A stretch of 64,000 bases of DNA, taken from the NCBI GenBank assembly GCA_950097015.1, contig CATNEN010000031.1, forward strand, positions 2,294,001 through 2,358,000. The letters are read 5' to 3'. A model generated the notes under the pieces. The model worked only from the letters and a program-made list of their open reading frames with translations, was not told the DNA's origin and did not search any database. This document shows, in pieces, positions 50,201-63,039 of this stretch. Position numbers and translations under genes: made by a program. Within the stretch, counting starts at the first letter, position 1. Every line of letters starts with the position of its first letter. This stretch comes from Macrostomum hystrix (lineage: Eukaryota > Animalia > Platyhelminthes).

Positions 50201-53200
50201 ATCTGTCCTTGCCGCCATAATCTAGCTAGCATCATCTCATTTTTATCTGTCCTCTCCCATCTGTTCTGTCCTCTCCCATCTGTCCTGTCCTCTCCCATCT
50301 GTCCTGTCCTCTCTCATCTGTCCTGTCCTCTCCCATCTGCCCTGTCCTCTCCCATCTGTCCTGTCCTCTCCCATCTGTCCTGTCCTCTCCCATCTGCCCT
50401 GTCCTCTCCCATCTGTCCTGTCCTCTCCCATCTGCCCTGTCCTCTCCCATCTGTCCTGTCCTCTCCCATCTGTCCTGTCCTCTCCCATCTGTCCTGTCCT
50501 CTCCCATCTGTCCTGTCCTCTCCCATCTGTCCTGTCCTCTCCCATCTGTCCTGTCCTCTCCCATCTGTCCTGTCCTCTCCCATCTGTCCTGTCTTCTCCC
50601 ATCTGCCCTGTCCTCTGCCATCTTCCCTGTCCTCTCCCATCTGCCCTGTCCTCTCCCATCTGTCCTGTCCTCTCCCATCTGCCCTGTCCTCTCCCATCTG
50701 TACTGTCCTGTCCCATCTGTCCTGTCCTCTCCAATCTGTCCTGTCCTCTCCCATCTGTCCTGTCCTCTCCCATCTGTCCTTTCCTCTCCCATCTGCCCTG
50801 TCCTCTCCCATCTGCCCTGTCCTCTCCCATCTGCCCTGTCCTCTCCCATCTGCCCTGTCCTGTCCCATCTGCCCTGTCCTCTCCCATCTGTCCTGTCCTC
50901 TCCCATCTGTCCTGTCCTCTCCCATTTGTCCTGTCCTCTCCCATATGTCCTGTCCTCTCTCATCTGTTCTTGCCGCCATAATCTAGCTAGCATCATCTCA
51001 TTTTTATCTGTCCTCTCCCATCTGTCCTGTCCTCTCCCATCTGTCCTGTCCTCTCCCATCTGTCCTGTCCTCTCCCATCTGTCCTGTCCTCTCCCATCTG
51101 CCCTGTCCTCTCCAATCTGTCCTGTCCTCTCCAATCTGTCCTGTCCTCTCCCATCTGTTCTGTCCTTTCCCATCTGTCCTGTCCTCTCCCATCTGTCCTG
51201 TCCTCTCCCATCTGTCCTGTCCTCTCCCATCTGTCCTGTCCTCTCCCATCTGTCCTGTCCTCTCCCATCTGTCCTGTCCTCTCCCATATGTCCTGTCCTC
51301 TCCCATCTGTTCTTTCCTCTCTCATCTGTCCTTGCCGCCATAATCTAGCTAGCATCATCTCATTTTTATCTGTCCTCTCCCATCTGTCCTGTCCTCTCCC
51401 ATCTGTCCTGTCCTCTCCCATCTGTCCTGTCCTCTCCCATCTGTCTTTGCCACCATAATCTAGCTAGCATCATCTCATTTTTATCTGTCCTCTCCCATCT
51501 GTCCTGTCCTCTCCCATCTGTCCTGTCTTCTCCAATCTGTCCTGTCCTCTCCCATCTGTCCTGTCCTCTCCCATCTGTCCTTTCCTCTCCCATCTGTCCT
51601 GTCCTCTTCCATCTGTCTTGTCCTCTCTCATCTGTCCTATAATCTCCCATCCGTCCTGCCCTCTCCCATCTGTCCAGGATCTCCAAATCTGTAAAAATGT
51701 ACATCAACATTGAGCTATAATAACAGTACGCACTGACTGTTAGTCAAAAAGCAGGACTTTGGGCCGATCAGCAGCTGTTACTGTTATTCCACGCGGAAGC
51801 CATTCAGTAATTTTATTGCTTAGCCCCAACTGGCACCGGTTGCTGTAGCACTGAAGTTGCTGCACAGTTGGTTCGCTTCAAAAACCCTGTTGGGTCCCTC
51901 CCTGACTCAGTGGGGGAGGGGGAACTATTATTAGGGAGTCAGATTTTATAGCCTTTATACAAGTTTTTTGGGTCTTGTTTTCCAAGTTGTAAAAACTCTC
52001 TCTCTCTCTCCCTTCCTCTCACGCCGGCACGAACGATAAAAATTCGAACGAGACACGCGGCACGGTAAAATATTGAAAGAAGCGGCATTCCGCCTTTGAA
52101 GAGGTTTTTTACAGCTTGTTGGACCTATAGAAAGATAATTTCTTTAGGGTGTTAGGCCAGTGCGCTCGCTTTACAGAGTTTGTGGCCTTGGTATTGTGGC
52201 TAGACCCTATGCAGCTCACTGACTCTGATTTACTACAATTTTGCTTTTACTGACCAAGCTAATAAACTATTAGGCTGAACTAACTGGGCTAAAATGCGAC
52301 CCAAATGTGGGAAACTACCTGGAAAGGCAAAGGTATAAATGCAGTAAAACATATTGGTGTACCAGTTACTGCAAATGCATACGACAGGAAAGTTAACTTC
52401 CAAGCAGAAATATAAGACCGAGCCGTAAAGCCGTAAATTAAATTCTGGATCCTTTTAGTTCATTGGTGAGGGTGTGCCGGTGGTGCTGGAAGGCTATTGT
52501 TGAGGATGTACGGGTGGTGCTGGAAGGCCGTCGGTGAGCGTGTACGGGTGGTGCTGGAAGGCCGTTGGTGAGCGTGTACGGGTGGTGCTGGAAGGCTATT
52601 GTTGAGGATGTACGGGTGGTGCTGGAAGGCCCTTGGTGAGCGTGTACGGTTGGTGTTGGAAGGCCGTTGGTGAGCGTGTACGGATGGTGCTGGAAGGCCG
52701 TTGGTGAGCGTGTACGGTTGGTGTTGGAAGGCCGTTGGTGAGCGTGTACGGGTGGTGCTGGAAGGCTATTGTTGAGGATGTGCGGGTGGTGCTGGAAGGC
52801 CGTTGGTGAGCGTGTACGGGTGGTGCTGGAAGGCCGTTGGTGAGCGTGTACGGGTGGTGCTGGAAGGCCCTTGGTGAGCGTGTACGGGTGGTGCTGGAAG
52901 GCCGTTGGTGAGCGTGTACGGGTGGTGCTGGAAGGCCCTTGGTGAGCGTGTACGGGTGGTGCTGGAAGGCCGTTGGTGAGCGTGTACGGGTGGTGCTGGA
53001 AGGCTATTGTTGAGGATGTACTGGTGGTGCTGGAAGGCCGTTGGTGAGCGTGTACGGGTGGTGCTGGAAGGCTATTGTTGAGGATATGCGGGTGGTGCTG
53101 GAAGGCCGTTGGTGAGCGTGTACGGGTGGTGCTGGAAGGCTATTGTTGAGGATGTACGGGTGGTGCTGGAAGGCCCTTGGTGAGCGTGTACGGTTGGTGT

Positions 53201-56200
53201 TGGAAGGCTGTTGGTGAGCGTGTACGGATGGTGCTGGAAGGCCGTTGGTGAGCGTGTACGGTTGGTGTTGGAAGGCCGTTGGTGAGCGTGTACGGGTGGT
53301 GCTGGAAGGCTATTGTTGAGGATGTGCGGGTGGTGCTGGAAGGCCGTTGGTGAGCGTGTACGGGTGGTGCTGGAAGGCCGTTGGTGAGCGTGTACGGGTG
53401 GTGCTGGAAGGCCGTTGGTGAGCGTGTACGGGTGGTGCTGGAAGGCCGTTGGTGAGCGTGTACGGGTGGTGCTGGAAGGCCGTTGGTGAGCGTGTACGGG
53501 TGGTGCTGGAAGGCTATTGTTGAGGATGTACTGGTGGTGCTGAAAGGCCGTTGGTGAGCGTGTACGGGTGGTGCTGGAAGGCTATTGTTGAGGATGTGCG
53601 GGTGGTGCTGGAAGGCCGTTGGTGAGCGTGTACGGTTGGTGTTGGAAGGCCGTTGGTGAGCGTGTACGGGTGGTGCTGGAAGGCTATTGTTGAGGATGTA
53701 CGGGTGGTGCTGGAAGGCCGTTGGTGAGCGTGTACGGGTGGTGCTGGAAGGCCGTTGGTGAGCGTGTACGGGTGGTGCTGGAAGGCCGTTGGTGAGCGTG
53801 TACGGGTGGTGCTGGAAGGCCGTTGGTGAGCGTGTACGGGTGGTGCTGGAAGGCCCTTGGTGAGCGTGTACGGGTGGTGCTGGAAGGCCGTTGGTGAGCG
53901 TGTACGGGTGGTGCTGGAAGGCTATTGTTGAGGATATGCGGGTGGTGCTGGAAGGCCGTTGGTGAGCGTGTACGGTTGGTGTTGGAAGGCCGTTGGTGAG
54001 CGTGTACGGGTGGTGCTGGAAGGCTATTGTTGAGGATGTGCGGGTGGTGCTGGAAGGCCGTTGGTGAGCGTGTACGGGTGGTGCTGGAAGGCTATTGTTG
54101 AGGATGTGCGGGTGGTGCTGGAAGGCCGTTGGTGAGCGTGTACGGGTGGTGCTGGAAGGCCGTTGGTGAGCGTGTACGGGTGGTGCTGGAAGGCCGTTGG
54201 TGAGCGTGTACGGGTGGTGCTGGAAGGCCGTTGGTGAGCGTGTACGGGTGGTGCTGGAAGGCTATTGTTGAGGATGTACTGGTGGTGCTGAAAGGCCGTT
54301 GGTGAGCGTGTACGGGTGGTGCTGGAAGGCTATTGTTCAGGATGTGCGGGTGGTGCTGGAAGGCCGTTGGTGAGCGTGTACGGTTGGTGTTGGAAGGCCG
54401 TTGGTGAGCGTGTACGGGTGGTGCTGGAAGGCTATTGTTGAGGATGTACGGGTGGTGCTGGAAGGCCGTTGGTGAGCGTGTACGGGTGGTGCTGGAAGGC
54501 CGTTGGTGAGCGTGTACGGGTGGTGCTGGAAGGCCGTTGGTGAGCGTGTACGGGTGGTGCTGGAAGGCCGTTGGTGAGCGTGTACGGGTGGTGCTGGAAG
54601 GCCCTTGGTGAGCGTGTACGGGTGGTGCTGGAAGGCCCTTGGTGAGGATGTACTGGTGGTGCTGAAAGGCCGTTGGTGAGCGTGTACGGGTGGTGCTGGA
54701 AGGCTATTGTTGAGGATGTGCGGGTGGTGCTGGAAGGCCGTTGGTGAGCGTGTACGGTTGGTGTTGGAAGGCCGTTGGTGAGCGTGTACGGGTGGTGCTG
54801 GAAGGCTATTGTTGAGGATGTACGGGTGGTGCTGGAAGGCCGTTGGTGAGCGTGTACGGGTGGTGCTGGAAGGCCGTTGGTGAGCGTGTACGGGTGGTGC
54901 TGGAAGGCCGTTGGTGAGCGTGTACGGGTGGTGCTGGAAGGCCCTTGGTGAGCGTGTACGGGTGGTGCTGGAAGGCCCTTGGTGAGCGTGTACGGGTGGT
55001 GCTGGAAGGCCGTTGGTGAGCGTGTACGGGTGGTGCTGGAAGGCCCTTGGTGAGCGTGTACGGGTGGTGCTGGAAGGCCCTTGGTGAGCGTGTACGGGTG
55101 GTGCTGGAAAGCAAAACAAGACACAATTTTGAAACAAAATTTGCGTGTGGTTGGGAAATTTCAGTTGGGATTAGGATCAGGGGATTGTTCGTCCTTTGTT
55201 GCGGCAAGGTTTGACCCAGAAATGAGACTGAATATAAGCGAGCCGTAGTTTGGGTCGATTGAGCCACTTTCCAGACAAGACACTTCTGGTCCGCACGGCC
55301 GGTGGTGTTAGGGCCAGCCCAAGCAACAAAAGCAGATGCGTTGGCAATGCTAATTTTTATATGCGCCTTTTGCGCAGCTCTTCCTCCGACATTCCCTAGC
55401 ACGTTCTGCTTGGCCTGCGATATTGAACTGTTGTAATGCCCGACTATAAATATGATAGAAACTATAAATTGGAAAACAATGCTGACCCACCCCCCTACCG
55501 AGTTTTACCTGCACGCAACATGGAGTCCTGGACTGGTTGGCGGTCTGAATGCAACTTTCTGATTTTAGCCTGGCATGCTTTATTGTCGGCTTTTACTGCC
55601 AGCCGGCCAGAGAGAGAGGGGTTGGCTAATTTATGCGTTGGCATGGCAACACCGCTTTGCGGGTCCTTCTCTGCCAGCGTTTCCCACAACCCTCTTGAAC
55701 TGGCTGCCGAATCACTGGATCTCACAGCGATTTAGCCTCCAGTCTAATTTTAGTTATCGTCGCTTGCTTCGATTCGGAAAATCCTAGTTCTGGACTAGTA
55801 GATTCGGAATGAGATTCGGAATGAGTTCTGGAATGAGTTTTGGAATAAGATTCGGAATGAGATTCGGAATGAGATTCGGAATGAGTTTTGGAATGAGATT
55901 CGGAATGTGTTTCGGAATGAGATTCGGAATGAGTTTTGGAATGAGATTCGGAATGAGATTTGGAGTGAGACTCGGAATGAGATTCGGAATGAGATTCGGA
56001 ATTAGATTTTGATTGAGATTCGGAATGAGATTTGGAGTGAGATTAGGAATGAGATTCGGAATGAGATTCGGAATTAGATTTTGATTGAGATTTAGAATGA
56101 GATTCGGAATGAGACTCGGAATGAGATTCGGAATGAGATTCGGAATTCGATTTTGATTGAGATTTAGAATGAGATTCGGAATGAGACTCGGAATGAGATT

Positions 56201-58497
56201 CGGAATGAGATTCGGAATTCGATTTTGATTGAGATTTAGAATGAGATTCGGAATGAGACTCGGAATGAGACTCGGAATGAGACTCGGAATGAGTTTTGGA
56301 ATGAGATTCGGAATGAGATTTGGAGTGAGACTCGGAATGAGATTCGGAATGAGATTCGGTATGAGATTTGGAATGAGATTCGGTATGAGATTTGGAATGA
56401 GATTCGGTATGAGATTTGGAATGAGATTCGGTATGAGATTTGGAATTACATTCGAATTGGAATTCGGTATGAGATTCGGAACGAGTTCGGAACGAGATTT
56501 GGATTTCAAAGTCTTCTAACCTGGGATTTGAACTGTGATTAAATAATTAATCAACTACCCATTGAGTTTCTAAGAAGAAGCGGGTTCAGGTGGGTGAAGG
56601 GCTTGCTTTCACTCACCTTCAGTACTGGCCAATTGGCTCTGGTTGAGTCTAGCCAGGTTAATAGCCGGTCTGGGGTTGCCGTTGTCAATGAGCTCCTTCC
56701 AGTCCGAGAGGGGTCGGTTTTGCACCTGCTGGTCGCGGAAGATCTCCGTGCGCTCATCGGCTGCCGTCTCGGACAGTCGCTGCTGCTGCTGCTGCTGTCT
56801 GCCGTCGGATGGCTGTTGCAGCTCGGTGATATCTGCGGCAGTTGGGGCCATGCAGTTCGGCTTGGAATTTGCTTTTAAAAGATACTATTCGCGAGAGAGC
56901 TTCTACTCCCTGTCAAAGACTCCAGTCACTGTTTGTCCTGGCTGGAACAGCGAGTTTTAATGCGCAGATACCCTACGAAATACTGAAGCTTGGGAGAATA
57001 TGGCCCTAAAACAGCTGCGGCTGCGCACTAAAGTTTCTTTGGATGGCGGCAGCACAGCCAATCAGAAGAGGCAAAGGCAGACGCGAACGCAAGGGTGGAT
57101 GGTACTCGAGACGATACGATGCATCGATCGCGCTACTGAGATCAGTAGCATAGTGAAGTTGTGAAAACGAATCTCTGTAGGACTTTTTGTTTTTTTTTTA
57201 ACTGTGACGAGTAACGTCTCTTTCGCAAAGAAAAATTTCGAGTCCAGTCTACAAAGTCTGCGGCATGCTATTAGAAGTTAAAGCCTTGTCCAATAAACTC
57301 CACATGCATTCCACATTGATTCCCATGGCTAGTCAACAATTGGGGGGATTTCCCCCTCACGCAAGCTCACGAACTCAAGAACACGGACCAACTTTTTGTT
57401 GCTCAACTTTTGCAACAAGATTACAAGAATCAAGTCGCCAGCTCTTCAGACCGTCGAGTTATTCAATGGTTCTGGCCGAAGGTCCGATTTTTACCATAAG
57501 CGCTAGTGTATTTCATACACCCCTATGCACAAATTTTCACTGCGCCTCAGTGCGGCCTTGCCAGGCCTTCAAAATTTATCAGCATGTCATCCGAGTGTGC
57601 CTGCATCATCTCCGTCTTCGGTGGTCACCTACCTTTATCTAGATGAAGCTGCTGGACCTTCAGGGGGCGACAACAGGTGGAACTAGGCCACTAAAGACAC
57701 ACTGACGCGACTTTCTTCAATTTCACTGATCAAGCCTACATTTTCAACGGCCTAGGCGCAGCTCAACCACAGGACACCCTCGCCTAGTCTGTCAACCAAT
57801 CAGTCACCACCCAAAGCTGTTAGCGTTCGAGCGCTACCAAAATACAATTTCATGAATTTCGGATGTGTCAACCAATCATAACCAGCCAATCAGCGCAGCA
57901 GCAAAAAACATGATCTTTATCTACTGAATTATAAAAATAGCTCTCACTGTGCAGGCGACCACTGGCATCGGAGCGACAGATAGGGCCGGACTCTTGCCGA
58001 CAAGATCCGGCCAGTGGCCTGTACCCGGCTGGGCATGCGGACTGGCAGGGCCGGCAAACCCGGACACTCTGGCCAGGCCTGTAGAGGGTCGAATAGGTTC
58101 CCCGGGGACAGGGCGAGCAGTCTTGCTCCGGAACACCGCTGCAGCTAGTCAGGTTCGACAAGCCCTCTCCTGGCGGACAGGTGGCGCAGGGCTCGCAGGC
58201 GCCGCTGGGCATCTGATGATAGCCGTCGGCGCAGAGGCAGACGGTGTCCTGATTGGCTGTGCATTCAGACACCAGAGTCTCGGACGGCTGATCGCACGGC
58301 CGACACTTTTCGCAATTGTGCAGTGCGCTAACAACCGCGCTGAATGTTCTCATCTGGCCCTTGCCGTCGCACGGGGTGCAGCTGGTGTCGTGAAATATGC
58401 CGGTGGCGGTGTCATTGTAGCACTTTGTGACCATGCCGTAGCCCTTGCCGCAGGGCGTGCAGCAGAGAGAGTCGACGCTCTCCTTGCCGTGGCATCT
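47128..58497 (-). CDS. NGFR: p75 neurotrophin receptor-like TNFR superfamily member (4 CRDs, TM, death domain)
   Basis: Exons 58497-57948 (four TNFR Cys-rich domains; donor GTGAGA), 56871-56617 (stalk; GTGAGT), 48159-47743 (DMIPVYCAVLGAVIVSLIVWIVFK TM, juxtamembrane, WKELAAEL; GTGAGT), 47417-47128 (GYLPEEVREFE..SPIRLMLRDW..ATIGVLGRCLQKAGRKDA death domain); all internal junctions phase 1. Candidate signal-peptide exon 63004-62954 (MKSQTARPRFLFLVCSL, GTAAGA, phase 0) is less certain. Confidence 0.88.
47530..47620 (+). mobile_element. SINE 3' fragment in last NGFR-like intron
   Basis: cccagctgt..atcagctgggg..gggtgggtgtggcg..cccagtccacggactgaa matches 3' half of the full SINE. Confidence 0.65.
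49412..49657. repeat. 58-bp tandem repeat, about 4 copies
   Basis: Unit catgggatctcaaagcggtgtcagagatgggatctcacccatgggatggaatgtgaga. Confidence 0.93.
50120..51670. repeat. 19-bp CT minisatellite punctuated by a recurrent ~40-bp block
   Basis: Unit ctgtcctgtcctctcccat; block cttgccgccataatctagctagcatcatctcatttttat recurs five times. Confidence 0.94.
52480..55110. repeat. 34-bp G-rich minisatellite, about 77 copies
   Basis: Unit ggtggtgctggaaggccgttggtgagcgtgtacg with a recurring ctattgttgaggatg variant. Confidence 0.96.
55800..56500. repeat. 12-bp minisatellite
   Basis: Unit gagattcggaat; reads (IPNL)n on minus. Confidence 0.93.
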
Positions 58498-58649
58498 CTG
58501 GCAAGGGGATTGTGAAATTGTGATGATGACTACTTTAAGTAGGCTTAAAGGAATACTTAAGAACGAAAAATGCGAAAATTCACTCATTCTTTCCGCTTAG
58601 CAATAAACATTGACTTCTTGTCGATTCTAAAATTCATGCAAAGAAACTT

Positions 58650-60335
58650 GCTACAGCTCTTGCTGCGATTCCTGAAGCAGCTTTTGCGATTCCAGAAGTA
58701 ACGGCAGTTCCTACTGCGATTCCAACCGCTACAGTTGCTGCTTCGATTCCAACTACAGTACTTGCTGCGATTCCAACCGCTACAGTTGCTGCTTCGATTC
58801 CAACTACAGTTCTTGCTGCGATTCCAACTACAGTACTTGCTGCGATTTCAACCGCTACAGTTGCTGCTTCGATTCCAACTACAGTTCTTGCTGCGATTCC
58901 AACTACAGTACTTGCTGCGATTCCAAACGCTTCAGTTGCTGCTTCGATTCCAACTACAGTTCTTGCTGCGGTTCTAACTAAAGTACTTGCTGCGATTCCA
59001 AATGCAGCTCTTGCTGTGATTCCAACTGCAGTACTTGCTGCGATTCCAAATACAGCTCCTGATGCGATTCCAACTACAGTTCCTGCTGCGATTCCAACTG
59101 CAGTTCCTGCTGCGATTACAACTGCAATTCCTGCTGCGATTCCAACTACAGTTCCTGCTGTTATTTCAACTACAGTTCTTGCTGCGATTCCAAATATAGT
59201 TCCTGCTGCGATTCCAAATACAGTTCTTGCTACGATTCCAACTACAGTTCTTGCTGCGATTCCAACCGCTACAGTTGCTGCTTCGATTCCAACTACAGTT
59301 CTTGCTGCGGTTCTAGCTACAGTTCTTGCTGCGATTCCAACTACAGTACTTGCTGCGATTCCAAATACAGCTCCTGATGCGATTCCAACTACAGTTCCTG
59401 CTGCGATTCCAACTGCAGTTCCTGCTGCGATTCCAACTACAGTTCCTGCTGCGATTCCAACTGCAGTTCCTGCTGCGATTCCAACTACAGTTCCTGCTGC
59501 GATTCCAACTGCAATTCCTGCTGTTATTTCAACTACAGTTCTTGCTGCGATTCCAAATACAGTTCCTGCTGCGATTCCAAATACAGTTCTTGCTACGATT
59601 CCAACTACAGTTCCTGCTGCGATTCCAACCGCTACAGTTGCTGCTTCGATTCCAACTACAGTTCTTGCTGCGGTTCTAGCTACAGTTCTTGCTGCGATTC
59701 CAACTACAGTACTTGCTGCGATTCCAAATACAGCTCCTGATGCGATTCCAACTACAGTTCCTGCTGCGATTCCAACTGCAGTTCCTGCTGCGATTCCAAC
59801 TACAGTTCCTGCTGCGATTCCAACTGCAGTTCCTGCTGCGATTCCAACTACAGTTCCTGCTGCGATTCCAACTGCAATTCCTGCTGTTATTTCAACTACA
59901 GTTCTTGCTGCGATTCCAACTACAGTTCCTGCTGCGATTCCAACTGCAATTCCTGCTGTTATTTCAACTACAGTTCTTGCTGCGATTCCAACTGCAGTTC
60001 CTGCTGCGATTCCAACTACAGTTCCTGCTGCGATTCCAACTGCAATTCCTGCTGTTATTTCAACTACAGTTCTTGCTGCGATTCCAAATACAGTTCTTGC
60101 TGCGATTCCAACTACAGTTCTTGCTGCGATTCCAACTACAGTTCTTGCTGCGATTCCAACTACAGTTCTTGCTGCGATTCCAACTACAGTTCTTGCTGCG
60201 ATTCCAACTACAGTTCTTGCTGCGATTCCAACCGCTACAGTTGCTGCTGTGATTCTAGAAGTATCGGCAGTTCCTACTGCGATTCGAACTACAGTTCCTG
60301 GTGCGATTCCAACTACAGTTCCAGCTGCGATTCCG
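58650..60335. repeat. 24-bp-based heterogeneous repeat, frame-preserving, open on both strands
   Basis: Unit gcgattccaactacagttcctgct with in-frame length variants; minus (GIAAGTVV)n 58634-60343, plus (AIPTTVPA)n stop-free from about 58614 to 60338. Confidence 0.92.
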
Positions 60336-61107
60336 TGAAACATAAGTCCAATTACTTGGCCATTTCCAGTCGGAGTTCAGTAATTTGTAACTAGAGCCCA
60401 TAACTAGCATTGGATGCAAAAGCATCATCAAAGGGGACATAAAACAATGGAGCGAATGCTGAAACACATCCGAGGAAGCCAGAGCTGGCAATGCAAATAT
60501 GGCAGCGCCTGACGCACACCGCTGGAGGGGAACTGGAGGGCACCGTGCCTCTAATAAAATATCTCAGCAGGCCGCATAGCTAGGTGCATTGAGGAATGCT
60601 AAAAAGCTTACACAGTTTTTACAACACAATAGTAACTGCAATACACGGCATTATACATATGCAGATGCCTTCCGCTTTTGGTGCGGTAGTTTAAAGCTTC
60701 GTGTTTTAAGGGCCAGGCAGGGAGTCCGGGGGCGGGCCAGGGCGGTGGTCGTAAAGTTTTTTATGACGCCTTTGCCCAAACTAAGCAGCTCTGCCTCTCA
60801 TTGCCAATGTCTGTAGCCTTGCCTATCGCAAATCAGTAAGCTCGCGAAATTGAATTTAACAAACTGCTTTGTGGCCTAGTGCTCCACTGTCTATGGCCTA
60901 AATAGGTCAAAGTGAAATTCAGTAACGGTGTAATGATGAAGTGTCAATCAGTTTTCAGTGAATGTTCAGTTGCAATCTTGTTCACAATATCAACCAGTCT
61001 ATTACTAAAATGACTAAAAAACAAGAATATAATTACACGAACAAAAAAACCCTTAAAAAGTAAATAAACCAGTCTTTCAAAATCTCACAATGAGCATAAT
61101 AATAAAA

Positions 61108-62120
61108 ATGACACCCATTCACTCAAAATGACACCCAGTCATACAAAGTGACACCCAGTCATTCAAAGGGATACCCATTCACTCAAAATGACACCCAGTC
61201 ATACAAAGTGACACCCAGTCATTCAAAGGGATACCCATTCACTCAAAATGACACCCAGTCATACAAAGTGACACCCAGTCATTCAAAGGGATACCCATTC
61301 ACTCAAAATGACACCCATTCACCCAAAATGACACCCAGTCATACAAAGTCACACCCAGTCATTCAAAATGACACCCAGTCATTAAAAATGACACCCAGTC
61401 ATTCAAAATGACACCCAGTCATTCAAAGGGATGCCCAGTCATTCAAAGGGATACCCAGTCACTCAAAATGACACCTATTCACCCAAAATGACACCCAGAC
61501 ATTCAAAGGGATACCCAGTCACTCAAAATGACACCCATTCACCCAAAATGACACCCATTCACCCAAAAGGACACCCATTCACCCAAAATGACACCCAGTC
61601 ATTCAAAATGACACCCAGTCATTCAAAGGGATGCCCAGTCATTCAAAGGGATACCCAGTCACTCAAAATGACACCTATTCACCCAAAATGACACCCAGAC
61701 ATTCAAAGGGATACCCAGTCACTCAAAATGACACCCATTCACCCAAAAGGACACCCATTCACCCAAAATGACACCCAGTCATTCAAAATGACACCCAGTC
61801 ATTCAAAATGACACCCAGTCATTCAAAATGACACCCAGTCATTCAAAGGGATACCCAGTCATTCAAAGGGATACCCAGTCACTCAAAATGACACCTATTC
61901 ACCCAAAATGACACCCAGACATTCAAAGGGATACCCAGTCACTCAAAATGACACCCATTCACCCAAAATGACACCCAGTCACTCAAAATGACACCTATTC
62001 ACCCAAAATGACACCCAGTCACTCAAAATGACACCTATTCACCCAAAATGACACCCAGTCATTCAAAGTGACACCCAGTCATTCAAAATGACACCCAGTC
62101 ATTCAAAATGACACCCAGTC
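61108..62120. repeat. 20-bp minisatellite
   Basis: Unit aaaatgacacccagtcattc with variants. Confidence 0.94.
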
Positions 62121-63039
62121 GTTTAGAATGGCACACAGTAACTCAAAATGACACTCGACCACTTAAAATGTACACTTAATCATTCAATAATGAAGCAATA
62201 AAAGAGAAATTCATATTGAAGCCCCGGAGGTGGCAGCGGAATGTCACCCCTATCACACAAAATGACCTGACAGAGATATTTGCCAACCGAACGCAGTTGA
62301 GCACTCACCGATCCATCCTCTGACTGATAAGACTGTATACTAACAGCTGGCATCACTGACAGAGTGAACTTTCCAGTATAAACGATTGCTTAGAGTAGCT
62401 CAATCCAAAGCCTAGCGAATAGCATTTATCTACACAGGCAAGCTACAGTCAACTCATCGCCTGGACCAATGGTAAATGGGCTAGCAGAGGCAGTAGCCCT
62501 ATTGTGCGGTCAGTGAGAGGGTCTTTAATTGCTGCCTTTTAATTGTGCAGATGCTCCCGATTCGCCAGACAAAATTTTGCCGCATTGCTAAGAAAACTTC
62601 AGTGAATTTTGGCTGGCCGGCTTTGTTTTCCCTTTGAACTGCTGGTCCCGACAACAGTCGCCAGGATGGGATGGTTGCGACCATAAACCATAAACTATGC
62701 TTCCTCCACAGCACTGGCAGCCAATTTCTAGGAAATACAAACGTTGGCCCGGGTTTCGTGAGAGGGCAATTCTGGCCAACGAGGAATAAAATCTGATCGC
62801 TTGTCTGTATAATAAAAGCTGGGGCCCAGCTGTTGCAGAAAAGGCAACTAAATAACTAGCATTTTGATAGTCTCTGTCTGTGCATGCCAGGTGCCCGGAT
62901 TGCGGACCCGAGACAAATAAAAACCAGTCCCGTTTGGCACTTAAAATTCTTACCAAAGAACAGACGAGAAATAAGAATCTTGGGCGCGCCGTTTGGGATT
63001 TCATTTGGGTAGTCTATGGTAATAGAGGGACCCGTGTCT

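Noticed and set aside
55495-55725. Minus ORF with GTAAAA donor as an extra NGFR-like exon
   Set aside because: No in-phase acceptor (upstream in-frame stop), and the gene model is already phase-consistent without it
11303-61691. Long ORF-track entries inside arrays (e.g. 13380-14524, 28800-29695, 32311-33264, 50232-51341, 54337-55137)
   Set aside because: Products of periodic low-complexity DNA, open in several overlapping frames, with no domain signal
6421-62120. Regular direct repeats of 30-55 bp that superficially resemble CRISPR arrays
   Set aside because: Units are head-to-tail with no unique spacers, there are no cas genes, and the context is eukaryotic
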